Below the pieces are notes generated by a model. That model did not search any database. It was not told the origin of the DNA and saw nothing but the letters and a program-made list of their open reading frames with translations. This document shows positions 8,274-16,870 of a stretch of 56,914 nt of DNA, one piece after another; position 1 is the first letter of the stretch; every line of letters begins with the position of its first letter. The DNA is from an uncultured Gammaproteobacteria bacterium (GTDB lineage Bacteria > Actinomycetota > Acidimicrobiia > Spongiisociales > SHLN01), in assembly GCA_964195005.1 (NCBI GenBank), contig CAXMOO010000089.1, positions 1-56,914 of the forward strand. Reading direction: 5' to 3'. The translations under genes were made by a program, and so were the position numbers.

Positions 8274-9464
8274 CTACAAGGCCGCGAGGAAATCCGCCAT
8301 CCGCTCCAGTGCCTTACCCAGGTTCTCTTCCGAGTTGGCATATGAGATTCGCAGGTTTTCGATCCCGACGTTGCCGAAAGCGGAGCCGGCCAGCAATGCC
8401 ACGCCTGCCTCTTCGAGGAGCCGCCTGGCAAGCTCGTCGGCGGCGAGTGGCACTGCCGAGACATTGGGAAAGGCGTAGAAGGCTCCACGGGGCATGCGGC
8501 ATGAGACACCCGGGAGCTCGTTGAGCCCGGCAACTAGGAAGTCGCGGCGGCGGCGAAACTCTTCCTTCATGGCGGCCGGCTCATCTTGTGGCCCGTTCAA
8601 CGCTGCGATTCCGGCCAACTGGACAAACGGTGGCACGCACGAGGTCGAGTTCACGAAAAACCGAACCAGCGGGTCGACCAGGGGCCCCGGCACGGCGGCG
8701 TAGCCACAGCGCCAGCCGGTCATGGCATATGTCTTCGAGAGGCCGTCGAGCACCACCGTTCTCTCTGCCATTCCCGGGTACGACGCCACGCTGGCGAATT
8801 CTCCTTCATATAGAAGCTGCGAGTAGACCTCGTCGGAGAGGACCCATGCCCCCGACCCCGCCAGGAGCCCCGCCGTCTCCGCCGTCTCCTGGACTGTCAA
8901 CGCCCCTCCGGTGGGGTTGTGAGGCGAGTTGAGGATCACCAGCTTCGTCCGTGGTGTCAGCCGCTCTTCGAGGTCGGCAAGATCGAACGCGAAGTCCCGC
9001 TCCTCACGCAGGGGCAGGGCCACGGGAACCGCTCCCGACCAGCGGATCGCCGACTCGTAGATCGGAAAACCGGGGTCGGGATAGATCACCTCGTCGCCGG
9101 GGTTGCACACTGCCAGGATGGTGAAGAAGAGGAAAGGTTTGGCTCCCGTCCCTACCAGGACATGGGCCGGATCCACCTCGAAGCCGCGAGTGGAGGCCAG
9201 GTGCTGAGCCGCCGCATCTCGAAACTCCGCTAGCCCGGCCGGGGGCCCGTAGTGGGTGTGTCCGTTACGAATCGCCTCGGCTGCCGCGTCGCCGATATGA
9301 CGGGGAGTGTCGAAGTCGGGCTCGCCGATCTCGAGATGAATGATGTCCTGGCCCTGGCGCTCAAGCTCCTTGGCCCGGGCGAGCACACTGAAGGCCGTCT
9401 CGGTCCCGAGCCGCTCCAGGCTCGCCGCCAGGCCGGGAGTGGAAAGGGTGCTCACGAGTCGCAT
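8274..9464 (-). CDS. pyridoxal phosphate-dependent aminotransferase, class I (aspartate aminotransferase-like)
   Basis: 396 aa. IHLEIGEPDFDTP...NSPHNPTGG...LSKTYAMTGWRCGY are classic class I aminotransferase motifs, including the PLP Lys. Confidence 0.85.
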   Translation of the reverse strand: MRLVSTLSTPGLAASLERLGTETAFSVLARAKELERQGQDIIHLEIGEPDFDTPRHIGDAAAEAIRNGHTHYGPPAGLAEFRDAAAQHLASTRGFEVDPAHVLVGTGAKPFLFFTILAVCNPGDEVIYPDPGFPIYESAIRWSGAVPVALPLREERDFAFDLADLEERLTPRTKLVILNSPHNPTGGALTVQETAETAGLLAGSGAWVLSDEVYSQLLYEGEFASVASYPGMAERTVVLDGLSKTYAMTGWRCGYAAVPGPLVDPLVRFFVNSTSCVPPFVQLAGIAALNGPQDEPAAMKEEFRRRRDFLVAGLNELPGVSCRMPRGAFYAFPNVSAVPLAADELARRLLEEAGVALLAGSAFGNVGIENLRISYANSEENLGKALERMADFLAAL

Positions 9465-9705
9465 CGTACCCGGACCCGATAGCCACGCTCCAAACCCGAC
9501 TGCCCGGTTAGGGGCTGCTGTCGCCCTCGCCCGTTGCGGAAGACGGCGACACGCTCGCCAAAGTGGCGGAACAAGTTGCGAGGTCTTCCGGTTGCTCCGA
9601 ATTGGCCAGCCGAACAGAGACCAAATCGTGAGAGGCCCCAGATCCTGGAACGTCTCCGCTCCATATTCCTAAAGACCAGCCACTCGCACTGCCGAAGATT
9701 CCTAA

Positions 9706-12700
9706 ATGATGGGAAAGACGGACTCGGTGGTCGAGCCGGACGACCGCGCGCATCCGATTCCACCAGCCACCGAACGCGGGTTCGTGGCCCTGGTGCAATG
9801 GACGTCGCTGGCCTTCGCTCCCGTCTTGGCCATTGTCGCCTGGCTCAACCGCGACCTCCCGCTGGCAGCCGCGGCAATCGTCTCCTTCAGCTCGGGAATC
9901 CTCGCCTGGCAACAGCGGCTCCGCAATCATCCGCGACCCGTGCCGCTGGTGTTGCTGATAGTCACCCTCATGTCGGTGCTTGTGCCGCTTCAGTCTCCGG
10001 CCGTTCTCAGCGCCATGATGGTCTCGGTGGCCGCCTTCGCGGCAGTGGGGACCGTTTTTGTGTCTCGCCGCTTCTTCCTGCCGTACCTGTTTTATCTCGG
10101 AGCCATCTGGGCTGCCGAGCTGATCCTGCTGAATGACCACTTTCTCAAGCAAGCGCAGGAAGTCGATGCGCTCGGACAACAGCACAACATTTTCGGACTT
10201 GCCACACAGTTAGCCGTGTTCCTGGTTGCGGCCGTGGCGGTCAACAGCGTGAAGAATTCGGTGGGCAGAGCGGGAAGCCGGTACCAATTGCTCTTCGATA
10301 TGGCGCCGATCGCATTGTGGGAGCAGGACGCCACTTTGCTTGGGGAGTGGCTCCACGATCTTCGCTCCAAGGGTGTTGAAGACATTGTCGCCCACATGAA
10401 AGCCCATCCAGAGCTGATCGAGGAAGTCCTCGATCGGATCGTTGTGACCGACGTCAATCAGGCCGCAGCCGAGCTGGTGGGTGTGGAGAATCGTCATCAA
10501 CTGCTGGGGCGGATCCGGTCGGAGACAGTCACGTTGGACTCCCATCCGTCTTTCATCGCACAGCTCGTTGCCATTTGGGAGGGCAGGACTCGAATGACTA
10601 CCGAGTTCGTTGGCGACAGCGTCGACGGCGCTCGATGGGATGGCGTTCTCTACTGGCAAGCCGGATCGACCCTGGAGGGGATAGATCTCAGCAAGACGAT
10701 TGTGGCGATGCTCGACGTCACCGAGGCTAAGGCTGCTCAGCGCGAGCTGAGCGCGGCTTTGAACCGCCTCGAGGACAGCGAGCGTGAGTTCCGCTTACTG
10801 GCGGAGAACTCGACAGACCTGATAACGCGGCACACTCTCGATGGCGAGTTTCTGTATGTGTCGCCGGCCTCATTGTCCATACTCGGTTATGAGCCAGACG
10901 AACTCCTCGGGAGAAGCTTCTTTGACTTCCTGCATGAGGACGACCGATCCACCGTGCGCAGGTTGTATATCAAAGCCTCTGCCTCTGAAGCTCAAACCAT
11001 CACCTACCGGGCCCGGCACAAGTCCGGCTCATATGTCTGGTTAGAGACCACCGGCCATACCAATCTCGATCCGGAAAGCGGGGAAGTGGTCGAAATCCAG
11101 GCCAACTCCCGCGACGTCACTGAGCGCAAGCAGGCGGCAATCGAGCTGAAGGCTGCCAAGGAAGCGGCTGAGAGGGCCACGGAAGCCAAGTCGCAGTTCC
11201 TGGCGGCCATGAGCCACGAGATCCGGACTCCAATGAATGCCATCGTCGGCATGACCGACCTGACCCTCTCGACCGAGCTGACCCCCGAACAGCGCGAATA
11301 CCTCGGCACGGTCAAATCGGCCGTCGACGGCCTGCTGACCTTGATCAACGACGTTCTCGACCTTTCCAAGATCGAGGCAGGGCGCCTCGAGCTGGAACAC
11401 ATTCCATTCAGCCTGAGCGACACCGTGGGCGACACGGTGCGCACCCTGGCGGTCAAGGCGGCGGAAAAGGGCTTGCGCCTCGAGTACGAAGTCGATGACG
11501 AGGTGCCGGATGGCGTAATTGGTGATCCGGGCCGGCTCCGGCAGATTCTCTACAACCTGGTTTCCAACGCCATCAAGTTCACCCACGTTGGCAGCGTGGT
11601 AATAAGAGTGGGCCTTGAGTCCAGCGGCCCTGATAACCAGGCGGTGCTGCACTTCGCGGTGGAAGACACCGGAATCGGAATCCCCCATGACAAGCAGGAT
11701 CGGATCTTCGAGGTGTTCTCCCAGGCCGACGGCTCAACTACCCGCGAGTACGGCGGTACCGGGCTCGGACTGTCGATTGCCCGTCAACTGGTGGGCATGA
11801 TGCGCGGCCGCATCTGGCTTGAAAGCGAGCTGAGCCGGGGAAGCACGTTTCACTTTCTCGCCCAGCTGACGGCCATGCGTGAGCAATCCGATCTGCATCA
11901 GGCTCCGGCCAACCAGGAAGCGAATGACGGCCTGGCGTTCGTGATTTCCCACGTTGCTGCCGAGCGGCGCAACCTCGTGGAGATGCTCCGTCAGGTCGGG
12001 GTTACCCCCCTGCCGGTGCCCGACGTCGCGGCCGCGTTGCACGCTCTCCCCGGGACGATAAAGCGGGGTTCACCGCCGCAGGTGGTGGTGCTCGACGTCA
12101 ATGAGGGCGGCTTTGACGACGTCGGCGAGATTACCGCCGATCCCATACTGGCTGAAGTTCCGCTGGTGATCGTGACCTCAACAGGTCAAAGGGGAGAGGC
12201 CGCCAAGTACCGAGACCTGGGCGCCGCCGCCTACCTGACACGTCCGCTCGAGAACGGGGAATTGCTCGAGGCCATCCGAGCTGTTGTCGGCCTGCGCCGG
12301 GCTGGCGAATCTCAGCTGGTGACCCGTCACTGGCTGCGGGAGCGGAGACAACGGTTCCATGTGCTCGTCGCCGACGACAGCCCTACTAATCGCCACCTGG
12401 CCCAGAGTCTCCTGCAAAAGCATGGCCACACTGTTGTGACCGCCATGGACGGTCTTGAGGCGGTTGCGGAGTTCGAAAAAGGCGGCCTGGACGCGATCCT
12501 CATGGATGTTTCGATGCCGGGACGTGACGGCATTGAGGCCACAGCCATCATCAGGGAACAGGAAGCCGATTCCGATAATCACGTTCCGATCATTGCCCTC
12601 ACCGCCCACGCCATGGACGGCGATCGGAAACTCTGCCTGGCGGCGGGCATGGACGCCTACGTATCCAAGCCTTTCAAGGCCAACGAGTTGTTTGCCACGA

Positions 12701-13137
12701 TCGCCCAGCTGGTACGGGGGCCGGGCAAGGCCGTCGGCCTACCCATGGTGGAGGTCGAGGAAGCTATGGCAGACCTCGTTAACCACCGGGAGGCCTTGCA
12801 GCGGGTGGAAGGCAACCTGGACCTGTTGCAGGAAATGGTCGACATCTTCCTGGACGAGTACCCGTCGGTGAAGATGGCGATCCTCGAGGGCCTCGCCGAG
12901 GGCGACCTCGAGTTGGTAGCCAGTGGAGCCCATCAACTCCGGGGCAATCTGTTGACTTTTGCTGCTCACGGGGCCGCCGACCTTGCGAAGTCGGTTGAGG
13001 TGCGGGCCCTCGCCGGGGACCACGACGGCACGGAAGTCGCCTGGAATCGGTTGCATGACCTGATCATTCAGCTCGGTCCGGCCTTGAAGAGCTGGTACGA
13101 CGCGCCCTACGACGAGGCCGGCGGGGCAGGGGCTTAG
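9706..13137 (+). CDS. hybrid sensor histidine kinase/response regulator with PAS, HisKA, HATPase, receiver and HPt domains
   Basis: 1143 aa. It has N-terminal TM segments and PAS-like regions. It also carries an H-box (FLAAMSHEIRTPMNAIVGM) and a G-box (GGTGLGLSIARQL). Two receiver regions follow: a receiver-like region, then VLVADDSPTNRHL...ILMDVSMPGRDG...YVSKPF. The C-terminal HPt motif is GAHQLRGNL. Confidence 0.9.
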   Translation: MMGKTDSVVEPDDRAHPIPPATERGFVALVQWTSLAFAPVLAIVAWLNRDLPLAAAAIVSFSSGILAWQQRLRNHPRPVPLVLLIVTLMSVLVPLQSPAVLSAMMVSVAAFAAVGTVFVSRRFFLPYLFYLGAIWAAELILLNDHFLKQAQEVDALGQQHNIFGLATQLAVFLVAAVAVNSVKNSVGRAGSRYQLLFDMAPIALWEQDATLLGEWLHDLRSKGVEDIVAHMKAHPELIEEVLDRIVVTDVNQAAAELVGVENRHQLLGRIRSETVTLDSHPSFIAQLVAIWEGRTRMTTEFVGDSVDGARWDGVLYWQAGSTLEGIDLSKTIVAMLDVTEAKAAQRELSAALNRLEDSEREFRLLAENSTDLITRHTLDGEFLYVSPASLSILGYEPDELLGRSFFDFLHEDDRSTVRRLYIKASASEAQTITYRARHKSGSYVWLETTGHTNLDPESGEVVEIQANSRDVTERKQAAIELKAAKEAAERATEAKSQFLAAMSHEIRTPMNAIVGMTDLTLSTELTPEQREYLGTVKSAVDGLLTLINDVLDLSKIEAGRLELEHIPFSLSDTVGDTVRTLAVKAAEKGLRLEYEVDDEVPDGVIGDPGRLRQILYNLVSNAIKFTHVGSVVIRVGLESSGPDNQAVLHFAVEDTGIGIPHDKQDRIFEVFSQADGSTTREYGGTGLGLSIARQLVGMMRGRIWLESELSRGSTFHFLAQLTAMREQSDLHQAPANQEANDGLAFVISHVAAERRNLVEMLRQVGVTPLPVPDVAAALHALPGTIKRGSPPQVVVLDVNEGGFDDVGEITADPILAEVPLVIVTSTGQRGEAAKYRDLGAAAYLTRPLENGELLEAIRAVVGLRRAGESQLVTRHWLRERRQRFHVLVADDSPTNRHLAQSLLQKHGHTVVTAMDGLEAVAEFEKGGLDAILMDVSMPGRDGIEATAIIREQEADSDNHVPIIALTAHAMDGDRKLCLAAGMDAYVSKPFKANELFATIAQLVRGPGKAVGLPMVEVEEAMADLVNHREALQRVEGNLDLLQEMVDIFLDEYPSVKMAILEGLAEGDLELVASGAHQLRGNLLTFAAHGAADLAKSVEVRALAGDHDGTEVAWNRLHDLIIQLGPALKSWYDAPYDEAGGAGA

Positions 13138-13196
13138 AGGTTCCGGCCGCGTCTCTACGGCGAAATACAGTTCCCGACCCGTGAGATACTGAACTC

Positions 13197-15410
13197 ATGT
13201 CCGGCCGTGGCCTTCTGGCTGTTTGCGCGTTGTTTTTGCTTGGTTCCGGCGTTCCCTCTGCAGTCGCTCAAAGCACTGCGATCGTCGAAACCGTCCCGCC
13301 GCGACCTGCCAAGTCGACTGTTCCCGGCGACTCCCTGGGTGCTGTTCACCCCGACTTGGAAATCCTGGCGGATGTGGCGCTAACCCGACCCACCGGGGCC
13401 CTGACTGGGGACTCGCGGGGTCGATCCCGGATCAAAGGCACTGCTGCCGAGCTGCGGTCTCTCTTCGATCGCGGGCTGATAACCGATATGCGCCGGATCC
13501 CACAGATGTGGGAGGCAGGGATCGTGTCGGAGGGTGTCATCGGCAGCGATGTGGAAGCTTGGCATCGGGGAGGCTGGTTTGGGCAGGGTGTCAAGATTGG
13601 AGTGCTCGACTCTTCATTTACCGGATACTCCGAGCTCTTGGGAACCGAGTTGCCGGCAACGGTGACCACGCGCAGCTTCGACATCGACGGATTGGAGCAA
13701 GGAGACAACCGTCACGGCACTGCGGTCGCCGAGATCGTCTACGACGTAGCGCCTCTGGCAGGCATGGTGCTGGTCAACGCCGGGCCGGGCCGATTCGGGG
13801 AAGCCGTCGACTACCTCATTGCCCAGGGTGTGGACATCATCAATCTGTCCGCAGGTTGGCCGGTGGGACCGTTCGATGGGAGTGCCCAGCAGGACGCGAT
13901 TGTCAATCGGGCCATCGATGCCGGCATCGTGTGGGTGAATGCCGCGGGGAACGAGGCGGATCGGCATTTCTCCGGCACCTACCAGGACTCCAACTCGGAC
14001 GGCTGGGCCGAATTGTCCGGAACGGTGATCATCAACGACTTCACCATCCCCCCGGGGGCGGAGTTCGACTTGCTCCTCAACTGGACCGGGCCGGTCAGCG
14101 ATCTCGATCTCTGTCTTTGGGACCTCGATCGGATTCTCTCGCTGCCTCCCGCCGAGCAGGTGCCGGAGGATTGCTCGGAGGCTCAACAGTCCCTGCCCTG
14201 GCACCAGCAGCTCGAGGTCATCGAATGGATCAATACTTCGTCCGAGGAGCGCTGGTACGGGTTTTCCATCGCCGGGGACCCGCTGGCACCCCCATCCGGG
14301 ACTCCATACGACGTCTTCGCAGACGGCGTGTTCGATCTGTCGTTGCAGGTACCGGCCTCCAGTTTGCTGGTTCCCAACGCTACGGAACGGGTGATCAGCG
14401 TCGGGGCGGTGCCGTGGTTCGATCTCTCCGCCATCGAGGACTTTTCGAGCCGGGGGCCGACTGCAGACGGGCGGGTCAAACCCGATCTGGTGGCTCCAGA
14501 CCGGGTCAGCACGGAGTCCTTCGATGATGCTTTCGCGGGCACTTCGAGCTCCTCGCCCTATGTTGCCGGCCTGGCTGCTCTCTACCTCAATCTGCACCCC
14601 AACTCCAGCCCACTGGACGTTCGCCGGGAGCTGGGGATTCTGGCCGACGGCCTTCCAGCGGGATCTGGGAAGAACAGCACGTTCGGGTGGGGTTTAGCCC
14701 GCCTAGGTGATCCGCCCCGGGTTCGAGATTCGATCGGCTATCAGATTCCTTCGAATGCCCGATGGACGGTAAGGGACTTCGACGAAACCTCAGAGACTTT
14801 CACTTACGGCATCCCCGGCGACCAGAGACTCATGTGCGATTGGGATGGTGACGGCACCGACACCCCGGGTTTGTATCGCCCGTCGAGCGGCTTCATGTAT
14901 CTGCGAAACAGCAACGATACCGGCGTCGCCGATCTGGAGTTCTTCTTTGGGAACGCGGGGGACGTCCCCGTGTGTGGAGACTGGGACGGAGACGGAGACG
15001 ATACGCCGGGTATCTACCGCCCCACCCAAGGAAAGTTCTATCTGCGCAACACCAACGACACCGGTTTCGCCGACATCGAATTCCATTTTGGTCTTACCGG
15101 CGACGTCCCATTTGCCGGAGATTGGAACGGCGACGGCATCGACACGGTCGGCCTCTACCGGCCGTGGAATTCACTTGTGCTGATTACCAATGAGAACACG
15201 ACCAAAGTCGCCGACTCCCAGGTGTTCTACGGCATCACCGGCGACAGGTTCTTTGTCGGGGATTGGGATGGTGACGGTGTAGACAGTTTCGGGATTTTCC
15301 GGCCGTCGGACAGAACGTTCTACTTGTCGAATGATCTCGGTGGGGTGGCCGATGAGGTCGTACCTTTTGGCGTCAACCAGTCCAGGCCCATTGCCGGCTC
15401 CTTCGGCTAG
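13197..15410 (+). CDS. secreted S8 (subtilisin-like) serine peptidase with C-terminal FG-GAP/VCBS-like repeats
   Basis: 737 aa with a signal peptide (MSGRGLLAVCALFLLGSGVPSAVAQS). The catalytic triad contexts are GVLDSSF, HGTAVAEIV and GTSSSSPYVAGLAAL. Five C-terminal repeats follow the pattern GDWDGDGxDTxGxYRP...FYLRN...GxADxxFxFG. Confidence 0.85.
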   Translation: MSGRGLLAVCALFLLGSGVPSAVAQSTAIVETVPPRPAKSTVPGDSLGAVHPDLEILADVALTRPTGALTGDSRGRSRIKGTAAELRSLFDRGLITDMRRIPQMWEAGIVSEGVIGSDVEAWHRGGWFGQGVKIGVLDSSFTGYSELLGTELPATVTTRSFDIDGLEQGDNRHGTAVAEIVYDVAPLAGMVLVNAGPGRFGEAVDYLIAQGVDIINLSAGWPVGPFDGSAQQDAIVNRAIDAGIVWVNAAGNEADRHFSGTYQDSNSDGWAELSGTVIINDFTIPPGAEFDLLLNWTGPVSDLDLCLWDLDRILSLPPAEQVPEDCSEAQQSLPWHQQLEVIEWINTSSEERWYGFSIAGDPLAPPSGTPYDVFADGVFDLSLQVPASSLLVPNATERVISVGAVPWFDLSAIEDFSSRGPTADGRVKPDLVAPDRVSTESFDDAFAGTSSSSPYVAGLAALYLNLHPNSSPLDVRRELGILADGLPAGSGKNSTFGWGLARLGDPPRVRDSIGYQIPSNARWTVRDFDETSETFTYGIPGDQRLMCDWDGDGTDTPGLYRPSSGFMYLRNSNDTGVADLEFFFGNAGDVPVCGDWDGDGDDTPGIYRPTQGKFYLRNTNDTGFADIEFHFGLTGDVPFAGDWNGDGIDTVGLYRPWNSLVLITNENTTKVADSQVFYGITGDRFFVGDWDGDGVDSFGIFRPSDRTFYLSNDLGGVADEVVPFGVNQSRPIAGSFG

Positions 15411-15482
15411 TGCTCTGTCCAGTGGCGTCACTGGCCGTCCTGAACGCGACAAACGTTTACTGGTCGGGGCACTAGTCCAGAA

Positions 15483-15505
15483 GAGCCCCCCGGATAGAGG
15501 GGCTC
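15483..15505. terminator. hairpin between convergent genes (S8 peptidase and dodecin)
   Basis: GAGCCCC-ccggataga-GGGGCTC forms a 7-bp stem. It lies in the 114-nt gap between two convergent stop codons. Confidence 0.45.
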
Positions 15506-15524
15506 AGGTCTGGAATCCCACGCT

Positions 15525-15743
15525 CTAGCTGACTACGAAGGCGAGTTTGACGGTGGCGTTGTATTGGGTGACCTTTCCGTCAGATACCTTGGCAGTTTGG
15601 GCTATGACCTCTACTCCGGTGATGCCCTTGACGCTTTCGGAAGCCTTGCCGACCGCTTGTCCGACCGCATCTTCCCAGCTCTCGTCGGACACGCCGATCA
15701 CCTCAATGACCTTGATCGCGCCCTTGGTGATGTGACCGCCCAT
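15525..15743 (-). CDS. dodecin family flavin-binding protein
   Basis: 72 aa. ...VIEVIGVSDESWEDAVGQAVGKASESVKGITGVEVI...GKVTQYNATVKLAF matches the dodecin pattern. Confidence 0.8.
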   Translation of the reverse strand: MGGHITKGAIKVIEVIGVSDESWEDAVGQAVGKASESVKGITGVEVIAQTAKVSDGKVTQYNATVKLAFVVS

Positions 15744-15786
15744 TGTTTGTTCTCCTGTGTTGGCTGGTCGGCATAGTAATGAGCCT

Positions 15787-16599
15787 TCAGGCGGTGATTC
15801 CGAGCGCCAGAGCGACGGCAGCCACTATGACGGTCACAAGCACTCGCGTCCGTGGGGTCTTGCCGACCCTGGTCCAGGCGAAGGCAATGACCACTCCCGC
15901 CACCAGGCCTCCGACGTGGGCTTGCCAGGCAATTCCCGGCCTGGCAAGCGGTAACAGCAGGTTGATGCCAAGGATCGCCCCGATGCTCTGCAAGTTGGCT
16001 CGGCCCAGGGCCGTGTGTCTTCTTTGCCAGGCCGACAGCAGCCACGCTCCGAACAACCCGAAAACCGCTCCTGAGGCTCCCACCGCCGGGATGTCGCCTG
16101 CCAGCAACACGTATGCCGAGCTGCCGAGCAAGGCCGACGCCACGTAAAGACCTGCGAACGACGCCGACCCGACCTCCCGCTCGATGGCAGGGCCCAGGAA
16201 GTACAGGGCCACCATGTTGAAGAGGATGTGTAATCCGCCGGCATGCAGGAAGGCACTCGACAAGAGCCGGTACCACTCCCCGTCACGCACCAGCTGGGGA
16301 GTCAGCTGCCCGTTTCGAAAGAGCCAATCGTCGAGACCGCCGACACCGAGCAGATAGATGCCGACCGACACCACGAGAATTCCGAGGGTGACTGGAGGCA
16401 CCATGTTGGCGCGTCGTCCGAGCTGCCGGGCAGTGATGATTTGCGCGGTGCCTCTCTTCCGGGCGCATTCGGGGCACTTCTGCCCCACGGGAGAGTCAAT
16501 AGAGCAATCGGCGCAGATTGGTCGCTCACAGTCGGAGCACGCCAGGCCGGTTTCACGCCCCGGGTGTCGGTAGCAGGAGGGGAAGGTCGTCATCGACAT
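15787..16599 (-). CDS. rhomboid family intramembrane serine protease with N-terminal zinc ribbon
   Basis: 270 aa. CYRHPGRETGLACSDCERPICADC...CPEC forms the zinc ribbon. The rhomboid motifs are FLHAGGLHILFNM and GASGAVFGLFGA. Confidence 0.85.
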   Translation of the reverse strand: MSMTTFPSCYRHPGRETGLACSDCERPICADCSIDSPVGQKCPECARKRGTAQIITARQLGRRANMVPPVTLGILVVSVGIYLLGVGGLDDWLFRNGQLTPQLVRDGEWYRLLSSAFLHAGGLHILFNMVALYFLGPAIEREVGSASFAGLYVASALLGSSAYVLLAGDIPAVGASGAVFGLFGAWLLSAWQRRHTALGRANLQSIGAILGINLLLPLARPGIAWQAHVGGLVAGVVIAFAWTRVGKTPRTRVLVTVIVAAVALALGITA

Positions 16600-16641
16600 C
16601 TATAACCCGCCGCCGGCGGCCTTAGTTCCCCCCGACGCGAC

Positions 16642-16668
16642 TCAGGGGCAGCGGGAGGCTGCCCCTGA
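16642..16668. other. perfect 11-bp inverted repeat in the rhomboid/dnaX divergent region
   Basis: TCAGGGGCAGC-gggag-GCTGCCCCTGA. Confidence 0.5.
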
Positions 16669-16870
16669 ATCTTCCCTACAGCCTCGCTAGGTGAGGATGG
16701 GGAATTTCCAAGAGCCGGGCCGAGCTTGTGCAGAGCGTCTTGGCGTCTCACTCTTTTGGGCCCAGCGGCTCTTGTGATCTGTTCCACCAAGTATCGACCT
16801 TCCTTATCGCCCCGGTCAGGGTCGAAAGTCCCTATGGAGGGCAATTGGCCTGTCCGGGCCATGGGTTACC

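Noticed and set aside
9665-9706. Direct 9-mer ATTCCTAAA repeated 33 nt apart, just upstream of (and touching) the hybrid kinase ATG.
   Set aside because: It is too short to distinguish from chance, and no third copy or dyad symmetry is present. Noted only as a possible operator.
9508-10185. ORFs of 225 aa (-) and 200 aa (+) overlapping the 5' end of the hybrid kinase gene.
   Set aside because: Both have biased composition and no motifs. The kinase frame encodes coherent TM helices across the same region.
13223-14597. Very long alternative ORFs inside the S8 peptidase gene (434 aa on + at 13223..14527, 327 aa on - at 13614..14597).
   Set aside because: They are Arg/Gly/Pro-rich and of low information, and they fully overlap a gene with clear catalytic motifs. 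These are typical off-frame open stretches in GC-rich DNA.
16800-16870. Possible SRP RNA helix 8 immediately upstream of dnaX (GGUCAGGGUCGAAAGUCCC).
   Set aside because: The 5' GGUCAGG resembles the SRP motif. However, the tetraloop stem has a U-U mismatch and the conserved 3' AGCA loop sequence is absent. It cannot be called without a covariance-model score.
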